Position numbers and translations under genes: made by a program. A stretch of 64,000 nt of DNA from Balanoglossus misakiensis. Lineage: Eukaryota > Animalia > Hemichordata. How positions within the stretch are numbered: position 1 is the first letter of the stretch; each line of letters opens with the position of its first letter. The notes under the pieces were generated by a model. The model was not told where the DNA came from and made no database searches. It saw only the letters and a list, made by a program, of their open reading frames with translations. Below, one piece after another: positions 41,601 to 53,600 of this stretch. The stretch spans positions 3,906,305 through 3,970,304 of the forward strand of contig CM082577.2 in NCBI GenBank assembly GCA_040954595.2. Direction: 5' to 3'.

Positions 41601-44600
41601 TGTTCAGCTCATTTATAATACTAGATTGATTTCATGATGCGTATTTAATGGAACGTTGATTTTTCTTTTTCTTTAATTCATTTGAGAATTCTACAGTCAG
41701 TGACCAGGGATGATTTACGACTAACGACCGACAGCCCCCGCCCCGTTTATTATAGTGCTATCAGTGAACCGATCGGGTGATTATCCGATCCCCAGAATAC
41801 TGTTCAGACCCCATGTTTAGACGACATAGGTCAGCACACTGTTATGGCAACGACTGTATACAATTTTTGTAACCAGAGTCTCTGGTTTGGCACATGCTTG
41901 CATTAGACTATAATCGCACTTTAAACTTTAAAATTTCACAATCACCCAACAATTATTAGACTACTACTCAATTAAAATAACATAGTGCTGACAGGATGGT
42001 GGGCATTCATGTTTATTCCTACATGCCGTGCTTTACTTAGCTGACATACGATGCGATCATGGTATTTCTACAACAACAAAAATACCGGCGAAATCATTGC
42101 GAAAAGGCGCCTTGGTTATCGTTCCAAACGATCTTAACACATCTGAGTCAACATTGAAGACAGGTTTTGGACTCTGAGAAGAGTCGATAACGCCGCGCGT
42201 AAATATACGTTTTGTGCATTCAGCGAGAGAGAGATGTGCCCGGGTTGTGTTTATTGCCATGCAAGACTTTTACGCCAAAATGCCACTGTCATCATGATGG
42301 ATCGACCATCCCCGGCCTTTCTCCAAAGGGGAAATTTCCTGTGGTTATGCTTGATCAATTGGGTCTGGGAACGGAAAAGGAGAGATTGTAATCTTTAAGT
42401 ACGCGGCGCAGAAGAGCGGCAAATTCTGTTTCATAGGCGCGGCGGGAAGATGGTGGGAATTCGGATTGAGCGCAGAGAGAAGGCATGGACTTTTATCCGT
42501 GATTTAAGGCACTGATAGTAATAGTTTATAAGCATAACCCTATCATTATAACTATCAAATCGGTTGTTAATTATTTTGGACATTTTTTTTCTTGCAGACA
42601 ACATCGCCGACTGTTTTGCAGTTTGCCGCTTCTCTGACCCAACAATCAGCCGCCATATTGGATTTTCTTTCGTACCACGAGTGGTACCGCTTTAATGTTG
42701 TTACCAGCCTCGCTCCAGGACATATAGAATTCTCAAATCAAATGAAGCGACAGGTGAAACAACTGCATCGACGCTTTTCTGAATGGACAATTCAGACAGA
42801 AATTAAAATTGACATGTCCACCAGTATGCACATTCCCATGCAATCGTTATCGTACAGCAATATTTCAGTGACAATTTTGTATTCAACGAGAGACGAAGCC
42901 AGGAGTATCTTCGAGTTTGCAAAAGCGTTTGAATTCTTCCAACAGGGCTATGTGTGGATCGCCACAGAGCTGACCACGGGGAGCCTGGAGGATGCGCGGA
43001 GAGCGCCCCCGGAGTTCCCGCCAGGATTGATAACCGTGAAGTTTCAGTCTCTAGCCTACAATTTCCAAGAACGTCTCGAAGACGCCTTGTCACTGTACAA
43101 GGAAGCTTTTTTAACTTATTCAAAGCGGGGGCATTTAAACCAACCAAACGAACTTCGGGACTGTTTTGTAAGGCAGCCGAAGAATACTGAACTGCATGAA
43201 ATTTTAAGAGACACTGCAATCCCGGACAGAAATAGTTTTGCATTTACAGACCAAGGATTCGTTGAAAATCCTCGACTGGTTTTTGCTTCATTGAATGATA
43301 ACTCTATATGGAAGAAGGTAAATGTATTATAATTATTATTATTATAATCGTCATCATCATCATCATCACAATTATGCATATACTTTTTAACAAGTCTTCA
43401 GTTTTCGTAGAAACAGTATGCAGTTACGTAAAAAGGAGACATTGCCCACAAAAATAGTGTCAATGACACTGTGCTCTCATTTGATTACAATTGTACATGA
43501 AACATTAGTTCTTGACCAATTCTCCTCCGAAAACAATATTCATTAACCATACTGTTGACAAGATCATTGGACCCAGCAAACCAAACTGGAACGAAAAAAA
43601 TGAAAAACCTGACTCTCTATCTTACTGTTTGGAAAACAGGTTGGGATGTGGAGAAACGGAAGCATAACGCTCGACAAAATCCCGTGGATAGGGAAACCAG
43701 ACCTGACGCCTACAGGTCACACCAAACGCCGCCACGTTCGGATCGTGGCGCTGGTGGAGGTGCCTTTCGTCGCCGTAGTGCCTTACGAGAAGGTCAACAT
43801 GACATGCCATGCCGGTGTGGAGTGTAGAAAGAAGAATAAGACAACGGGGTTGGTAAATATTCTTTACTTTTGAACATTCTTTGTTCATTTGTGCCCGCAA
43901 ATGAATGTCGTGCCGGTGGGGGTCATAGGTCACCAGGGGTGAGATTTCAAAACAGTTCGGATGCCACATGTGCCACATGCCAGTCAACGTTTATTATCGC
44001 CGTACAATCTAGAAACATTTCCATTTCCTACGTATGTGACGATCTGAACAGACAATTATTTCTGATTTGTCTCCGAAAGGGGGTTCTTTATCAGCTATTT
44101 TAGATAGCGTAAATACTGGTTGAAAGACGTACAGTAGATAAAGTGACGTTATGTTCGATTATATTGCTGATTCAAATCTACATTCACTATCCTGGAGCGT
44201 CTGCTGTCATTACGCGCAGCCTGCTGACTGTTTTGCCATCTGGGCCCGTGGAATAGAAAAATCTCGATTGCATATACAACAACTGATAAAAAGAGTAGAT
44301 TTGCTGATGTTACGTAGGGAAACATTTTGGACACATCTTTGGGGTTTTTTTGCAAACCAAGGTGACACCTCTGATGAGTAGGTCACGAGTCTCAAAGGAC
44401 TATTATATTTTCCGAAGCTTCTTTCAATCAATCAAGTACACTCTTAAAATTAGCAAATTTGCAAATAGTAATTGTATCGTTGAAAGAAGAAAATATCTTT
44501 GAACGAAGAAATCCACCGAGTTGTATTGCACTCGTGAGAGCCATCGGCGATTCCAAGCACGAAATTTACATACACGCGAGGTAATGGTAATGACATCTGG

Positions 44601-47600
44601 AATCGGCGGCAAGTGTCTAGCTTTCCAAGCCTCATCACGTTAGTAAACACAACTTAACATTTAGATGGTGTGATTTATCGGATCATAAGGAGATCCGCAG
44701 CTTAGAGTGGGCGAGCTTAGCAAGTCACCGTAGAAAGCACACGGCAGACGGGCGAGAGATAAAAAAGCTAGATAAATAGGGAGACCAATTCCCCGGGGAG
44801 TAATTTTTGGGTTATTTTTATCGTTCCCAAGGACTCATCGTCTGATACTTTGTCGAGGGACGTGATTTGAGTCGGGGATCGATATTGGTTAGCGAGACTT
44901 CGACGATGCTTCTCTCGTTTACAATTCGGCGTTCAGATTAAACATCACGGGTAATGGTCCTTTCTTATAGGTTAGGCGAGCTATTTCTGGGTTCGTCTAA
45001 TTTGGTATTCTGCCCCTAATGCCACGACCCATTTTTGTTTTCAATTTGCTCACTTCTGGTGTATGCAACGCCACTTTTTGTCGTTCAGTCACGTGACATT
45101 CACCATCAGTCACCGGTTTCAAGTTCATAAAATTTTACACTCTCTCATGCACGCTTGCGCATATAGTTGCAAATGTTCGGTTGAATTTATGTCTTCAGAT
45201 CTCCTAAAAACAAAATATTTGGTTCAGTGTATAATTTATCGAGCAAAAGGAAACATGTCGGTATCGGTTCAAGATCAGCCATTAAACTACATTTTTCTTC
45301 TGGTTGTAGTGCCATTTGACAGTTTTTATCGCAACATGGCCGCCATCGGAAAGGAGATCTTTCGGTTCTCGATGAATACGCGTCAAAGTTGCTCCCGGTT
45401 GTTTACCTGTGTTAGAATGTGTTCATAAATGCACTGACGCAAAGGAAGAATTCGTGTACATGTAGGGTCATGTAGGAGCTAATCGATTGCCGCGAGAAAT
45501 ACTGGGTTCCATCAAAAGGATGTCGCCCAACACGCAACTGTGCAGGCATTAACCAAACAAATGGATTTTAGGGAGATGAAAAACATATTTTATGTCCATT
45601 CAATTTTCCGCCTCAAATCCGTTTATCGCATATTCAATTCATACACACAGCAGAACGGTAATTGAATTCGGGCGTGGAGCTCGTATGGTGGCCGATGGTT
45701 CATACTCGGCCATAGATGGTACATGTGCATAAGCGATTTGTTCATACCGATGGGTATGAGTGCTGTCGGAGGGGGATTAAAGCAAAAGTTGAAAAGCTCC
45801 TTCTTCCCGTTCATGCGAGGATAAACTAAAGAAGGGTCGCTGCCGTGGATTATTTGGCTTTTGAATTCACGGGTGATCCCTTTTGCTCTCTTGTTTTTCA
45901 CTGCTTGTTCGGTGCAGTTCGCATGAAAGAAGATCACGAAACAGCATGAGTGTGTTTTGTAAATTCTTCCTAACATTTGGAGAACGAAAGCGCGTGATCG
46001 GTCGACTGTTGATCTGTTAACGACCGAATGGTTGCAGGATCGCGGGGGGGGGGGGGGTAGGCATACGATCTTATATTATTTATTTTTAATATATTAACAT
46101 TTTATAAGATAATTCTTCCGTGCATTTATTATAAATTATCACCGACCTAATAGATGAGATATCTTGAATTCGAAATCTGTTTACATAATTGAACAATATG
46201 ACTTTTAATATTCGAGTATAGGACTTTTACAAGTTCGAAGTAAGTTAAAATATAAACGTTGGGTTGACATTTAGAATGGCGATTTTATGCGATTAAATAA
46301 AAATTTTGGGGGCGTTAATTTTCAAGGTTGACTGTCTGGAATAAAAACAACATATAAATGGCACACGATGGTATATCCTTTTTGTGTGTGAAAAGCTTCG
46401 ATATTCTAATTACCTACCCCTACTGGATGGAAAATAGTAATGGCTTCATTCTATTGGTTGGTCGCGATATTAGCATTTGAGCTCCGCCCAATGATTGACG
46501 TCACATATCAAAACCTTCGATATGCTAAATACCAACTGTTACTCGATGGAATAGTAATGACAGTGGCCTCTCTCGATATCGCGAAAAAGTTAACTCGCGA
46601 AAAAAAGTGTTTTACAGTAGTACATGTAATAGCTTCAGTTCAATCTATTGGTTGGTCGCTATATTAACATTGGAGTTCCCCCATTGATTGATATCAAAAA
46701 TCAAACGTTTTGATATGCTAAATACCTACTGTTACTCGATGGAATAGTAATGGCTGCATTCTATTGGTTGGTCGCTATATTAGCATTTTAGCTCCGCCCA
46801 ATGATTGACGTCACATATCAAGAGGTTTGATATGCTAAATACCTACTGTTACTCGATTGAAGATACGGAGTATTGCTGTGTTGATCTTCGGTACAATATG
46901 AATTAAAGTTATGTAGCACTCTTTGATCAACAGTTGAAACTCGTGAAGAGTACATCTGAAGAAGGGGACTACATGTTCCCGAAAGCTCATGCTGTAATTT
47001 CAACTGTTGATCAAAGAGTGCTGCATAACTTTAATATAACTTTATATACGTTGGGTTGACATTTAGAATGGCGAATTTATACGATTAAATAAATATTTTG
47101 GGGCGTTCATTATCAAGGGTGACTGTCTGGAATAAAAACAACATATCAAAAGCTTCGATATGCTATATTAGCATTGGAGTTCCCCCCCCCCCCCCACTCA
47201 CATCACAAATCAAAAGCTTCGATATGCTAAATACCTACTCTTACTCGATGGAATAGTAATGGCTGCGTTCTATTGGTTGGTCGCTATATTAGCATTTTAG
47301 CTCCGCCCAATGATTGACGTCACATATCAAAAGCGTCGATATGCTAAATACTAGCACCTACTGTTCCACGAGTGCATCTGATGAAGGGGACTACATGTTC
47401 CCGAAAGCTCTGCTGTAATTTCAACTGTTGATCAAAGAGTGCTACATAACTTTAATTCATATCGATGGAAAATGGTAATCAGGGTCGTCTGCGTTTAATT
47501 CAACGAAAATGCTTCAATTTCATTAATTCAGAGCAAACAGAGTGATAAACACCATACGTCCCTTCTCGTTTCCGGTTTCCGCGACTCGCACATTAATTCT

Positions 47601-50600
47601 TGATTGACAGTTTATCCTCATTTTCAGGAAATATGCAGTCAAATGTCCATTACTCAAGCCCATCTGCCGTGCGTTATACGCTCATAACATACGACTACCC
47701 ATGCATGACAGAACTAATTGATATATCGTGTATATTTCATAACATAAGGTTAATCTACGCACTGTGTATTTTGCAGCAATAGGCCTGGTACGTGGAATAG
47801 CGTCAATTATCGTCTATGTTCCACAGAACGAGGTCATATATCGTCACAATATTTCTTTTGCCCGTGCAGACTTCAAACAGTAAAAGTATAAGCTGATTTA
47901 TGAAAACCGCTTACTGCCGTTATCCCATCGTCATGGTGGATTCAGACTGAAGTAATCTTGCACTCTCGTACATGCCTGGGAAATAAGACCCTCAAAATAA
48001 CGCTATAGGATATCCAAGTTTGAATTAAGAATTATAAATGTGTATTCAAATTGAAAGTACGTATTTTGTCTTCTTAAAAATAACTGAACGTTTTTAAAAA
48101 AAAAAACTTGGTCTTCTGCTCCGTCGACTTTGTTATTTACTATCGAAATTCGTCTCTAGCATTGTCAAACGTCACAGCGCATAGTTCTATCGGCAGCTTG
48201 GTCGCTTGTTTATGGACGGGCCGTTACCGGCGGACGCGTACTAGGCTAAGAAATATCGTCTCGGTGGTATCATTTCTTGGAAACACAAGGATTGATATAT
48301 CTGTTTAGTAATATAATCAAGAGGCTAGTTTGTCTCGGGACCAGGGATAAAACCAAGATGGAGAGCGGGTAAAAAACGATATCCACTCCCTTGTGATTCG
48401 TTGATAATCTAAGAAGGAAGGCTCGCGTTCCCGGCAGTGTCGTCTCTTAAGGTGTTCGAACCGTGCGTCGGAAAGTTGAAACGGGATAGGTTAATTTTTT
48501 GAGATATTGAGATAAATACTGAGAGGCCGGATAAAAGTTCCAGTGCTTCAAAGCGAGTGTATACGTGCATTTTGCAAATAAGTCAACTCTCTGTTGTTTC
48601 ATAAATCACGGAGGTATCTATCCCTGCCATCTGCGCGCAGCCAACGGGAGAATTAAAGATGAGTGATCGGTCGGTATATGAGAAAGATGGCCTTGTTTAT
48701 TGTCTATTGTAGAGTCTTATTTCCAAACGTCTTTGAATTCACAACAAGACAAGCCCTTACAAGAATGCCTGGTCAAGAGCCAGGCACTTTGTAGTGCATC
48801 AACAATTAGTGTAGTGTTAAGTCGGCGATTTTTTTTTATCAGATCGCAGTTATTTAGAAATTGAATCGTTTTGTCAAATACTGAAATGACTCCTTTGACC
48901 TATAATTGTATGCATGTAACAACGATGAAAAATCACCCATGGCAAGCTTCAACAGACCAACTATCAATCTTTTGGCATCAACTGTACAGATATTTACCTT
49001 CGCCGGATCTTTGCTGTCTACTGTTGTCGTGGCAACAGTGAAGGCAAAGACGGAGCCTATATATACGACTGGTTTCAACCAGGTTGACCAACTCTATGCG
49101 GAGAGATAAGTTTTGTTCCAGTAATGGGGCCTTATAGCAAGACATGCGTGCTAAACGATAGCCAGTCTCGCTTTTTCGTACATCCTTAAGCCGTGTTTTT
49201 ATTGTCACCATTGCTATTTACAGTGAATTTTACACGATGTGCTGCTCCGGCTACTGCATCGAACTCCTGAAGATGCTCAGCCGCGACATGGTGTTCACCT
49301 ACGACATCTACCTGGTGGACGACGACCTCTACGGCGTGGAGAGCCCCAACGGCAGCTGGAACGGCATCATCCGGGACCTGATCGAGGGCAAGGCCGACGC
49401 TGCCGTGGCCGCCGTCAAGATGTCGAGCGACCGATACAAAGTGGTGGATTTCTCCGTTCCCTTCATGGAGGTCGGCGTCGCCGTGCTGGTGCCCAAGTCG
49501 TCCGGTGTCGTCTTGCCCCATGCTTTTCTAGGTAGGCGTTTCCCGCTCTCCTATACAGCCCTATGCTTTTCTCGGCCAGCGTTTCCCGCTTTTTTTTACA
49601 AAATAGATCTATAGAGCGCCGGATACCACATTGTTTCGATGAAACGACACGGCCCAGAAGTACAAATATTGCTAGCGGCATGCGGCGTGTAAAGACCCAT
49701 ACATGGGCTTTTCATTTGATAATGACTGCAAATATCATTCTCAGAAGCTCTTTGTACTGCAGTAGTTCAATATTTAACTGAACTGATGCGTCAAAGTGGA
49801 ATTCTGTTCATTACTGTTCAAGGTGCATGTAATATCTCAGGAAGCATTATTCGACAAATACGGTACAATACAACACAAATACATCACTTTCCGTTAATAT
49901 GAAAGTGCTCTAGGTGATATTCATATTAGATTTTACACCGAAGTCGACTGATGGATCTCTTTGGGATCTAAATGTGCCGCTAAATAGGCGAAAATCACAT
50001 ATTTGTTGTGGAGTTCATTCTGTTCCTTTGTTGATAATATTTCCTGGATTTAAATATTATGTCAACATTATCGCTTTTTAGAGTCTTCTCCTCGTAAAAA
50101 ACAACAACGGACTTTTCTCTGAATTCTTTTGTGATTCAGTCAAAAGATCTGTGGAGTCACCCGCGGCCGCATGCAAAGATTGGGTTCGAAGCGTGCGTGT
50201 TTTTTTTCAGCTGATCTTCGCTAAAATTTGTGTCGTTCTCTCTCTCTTTCAGCCCCTTTTGATATCGCTATCTGGGTCATTGTCCTGGTGGTGACGCTGA
50301 ACGTTGCGGCGGTATCCGTGTTTTTCTTCGAATTCTGCAGCCCGTACGGCCACAACCGTAAAATTGAAGACCTCAAAGGAATTGTGGGTAAGAGCGCCCT
50401 CAGCTTTCCCTGGCTCCACGTGGTCCGCTGCGATGCGCTCTCCTTCGCAGACGAACAAAGTACGAGATGAAATTGAAGATAACGGACTTTTCACATTCAT
50501 GCAATGTCTTCTTAAAGAGTGACAAGAGTCTTTAGCTACTCCATACCCGACTGTAGACATACATGTACGTGCATTTATGAAATCATGTTCGTTTTTTCCA

Positions 50601-53600
50601 GGATCAAAATTTACCCTGGGTAGGGCCGTGTGGATGACTTGGGGCATTCTATTTAACAACTCCGTGCCTTCTAAAGTCCCTCGCAGCTACACTGGGAAAT
50701 TCATGACCAACATGTGGGCTTGTTTTGCCTTGGTGTTCGTTGCCATGTACACCGGTAACCTAGCAGCGCACATGATTCACGAAGAAACGCATGAAAAGAT
50801 TTCGGGCATAACAGATAAAAAGGTACGCCTTGTAAATGTCCATTTTTTTGCATAGTACAAAATTCAATCTTGGAAACTTCATTTGTGTAAAAGACGGGGT
50901 CATTTTTCCCTTCCGCCACACACTGACAGCGTTTAATGCAGAACAAAGCTCCCTCATACCTCGGGCGTAAATCTGGTAATTGCATACGCGGTCCCCTTTC
51001 GTCTCCTGTAGACGACGTCCCTATAGGGCAAGTCGGGGTATTTTGCACGCCTCAAATCTCTGGTTTAATCTGCGTAATGTTCAGATCTACACATCCCCAT
51101 AGGTGCGTGCAGATAGCAGCCGTCTCTCAAACCTCGGTTATCGTCTAGTTAGCTGTGTTGTCACATCAAACATGAAAACGCCCGATAGTTGACCCCAGCA
51201 GAAAGAGGGGGGAAGAGAAAGAGGGGAGAGAAAGAGAGAGAGACTTAAACAACACACCTCTTGTCAATTTGACAGATTCAACATCCGCATTCGGTCGAAC
51301 CGCCATTCAAATTTGGAACAGTGGCTCAGACTAGCGTTGAGAGGCTGATCATGAAGACCAACAGGGACATGTATGACTACATGAAGGACTTCGTGCAGCC
51401 CTCCTCGGAGCATGCCGCCAGAGCACTCAAAAGAGGGTATGAGCCTTTGATATTTAAGTACGATTCAAACGAATGTGTGTTCACTTTAAACGCATACCTG
51501 TGGCACTTTTCAATGAGGGCACTCAAGAAACGGTTATCTTGTTCGATGGGACGAGATGGGATTGGATAAGATAGGGACAAGACCATATGTGAACTAAAAA
51601 CGCTCACGAGGTTTGACTCACTGCTGTGTGTAAAGACAGGGACCGGTGTAGAACAGCCCGCGGTCCCTCCACACATGCAAAACAATCATCTTATACTGGA
51701 AATGAAGCCATAAAGCTCAAAATGACATATTATTTTTGTGAAAACTGTCTGACAGGTAGCTTCGCGGAATACCAGAGACAGATTTACACGGGAAGAGAAT
51801 CAAAGGTCTGTGACAATTGGTGCTATGATCACGTCATTGATTTGGTATGCACATACAGATGTGACCAGTCTCAAAGCCAGAGACAACGACGCCATCAGTC
51901 AATCCGTTATTGATTTTTGTTCAACGTCTACGTCAAGTGTAATCGCCATCCAAGATCCTGGTGTTACTTTCAGCCATTCAGGGGATGCCAAACCCACGAG
52001 GAAACTATCAATATGAAAAGACGGCGCGGTATCTGCCGACAAAGATGTACGATAAGGGAGTCAGATACAGCAAAAATGCATTAGGGGAGGGATATGTGTC
52101 CCAGAAGATGCTGGGCGACCTATTTAGAGGTGTAACCGCGAATAGGATGGCCAATTATCACCACGTGTTAATTGTGAATTGGACTTAAAAAGTACAGCAC
52201 TGTCGTTTGTCATTCGTATAGCGTGCAGGTCTGGTATTTCAGAAAAAGTGCATCGTACTCAAGTGCATTACTCAAGTTTCGACGTCCTGATGTAAAAAAA
52301 TTGAGATGATTCGGACAATGCCGAGTAGAACAAGTACAATAATCTCCACAACAAAAAAATCAGAACATTTTTTCAAAAAGATATTTTCGATAGTTGGTCA
52401 CGTTTTTCCACCAAGGCGTCACTGCGCACGAGACGAACAGATTTCCCCTGAAGTGTGAAATTTGGCCAAACTCGCCATTTACAGCGCTATACTGTACTGA
52501 AAAATTAACTTCGAGAGTTGCTGTCTCGTTCTAAAGCCCAGTCGCAGAGAGAAAAACTTAACATCTCATTGGAAACAGGAGCTTAAACGGAGGGAAAACG
52601 GCTATTTTGTATTTAATTTCCGTTACTCTACTCTCGTTCTTCATTGAAAATCCTTGAAAAGGTTAAAGAGTTTATTACACCTATCAAAAAATATTTTTCA
52701 TTGTTTGACTGTAAACTAAAATTGCATTCATGATTTGAATTCTGGTGTCGTTTTTTTTTTATTCTCGTCGATGAATAAATGTTATCCTAATAAATGTTCA
52801 CTCCTTCAAAAAACTCTCTGTCTGAACGGTCCCGTTACGTGTGACGTCATTGGGGGCTCTCCTTCGCTTTTAGTCTACAATTCATCGCATCGAGAGGCGT
52901 ACATGTCGTCTACTTGACTTTTATGGCGTCAACGGTAAACACGGTCAGTGACGAGGCATTTTGTTGGGAGAGTATAAGATTCAGACAGTAGCGATGGAGA
53001 GTTTTGGGCTCTTCGTCGCTGCTTTCAAGGAAATTCCTGTCACAGCCGTATAGATTTGAACCAGCAAGGCGTGAGGTGAGGTCTCTCCTCAACCTGTTCG
53101 GGCTGGTGGGGAATCCGTCGATGTACCGAGCGAAGAAATGCCTGCAAACGCGGGTCGAGATTCGCCAGAGTCTTCTCGAGTGGGAAATATAGATTGGTGA
53201 ATAAGCATCATTTTCTGTTTGTTTGTTTTTATTTTACAATAAATATTCAGGGAGTGGTTCAGTGAAACTCAAATATTCTCGTAGCCGATCTGCCTCCCCG
53301 ATACGGAGGTCTGCGCTCGTCTGATCACCGATATATACACTAAGAACCCGGTGCGCGGCACTACGCCATGCGATTGCCGACACGGTCCGTACTAAAACAT
53401 CATTGCTGACATCTCAGTTGTGAAAAAAACGTAATGGGACGACAAATTTCATACATAAATATCACAGATAAACTCCCTGTTCACAAGCGACCGGTTACCC
53501 AAAACTGGCATAACACCGGTACAGTTCCATTCATCATTACCTTTACGGTGATGTAGTGACCTTTGGGCCGTTTTGTACGAAGCGTTCCCATTTTTCTCTC

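Noticed and set aside
13500-42500. Numerous 60-135 aa ORFs in the giant intron
   Set aside because: No recognisable domains, RT/transposase motifs or consistent splice structure; consistent with random ORFs.
46426-47345. CRISPR-like repeat array
   Set aside because: Eukaryotic context; the units are about 120 bp, degenerate and lack unique spacers; no cas genes.
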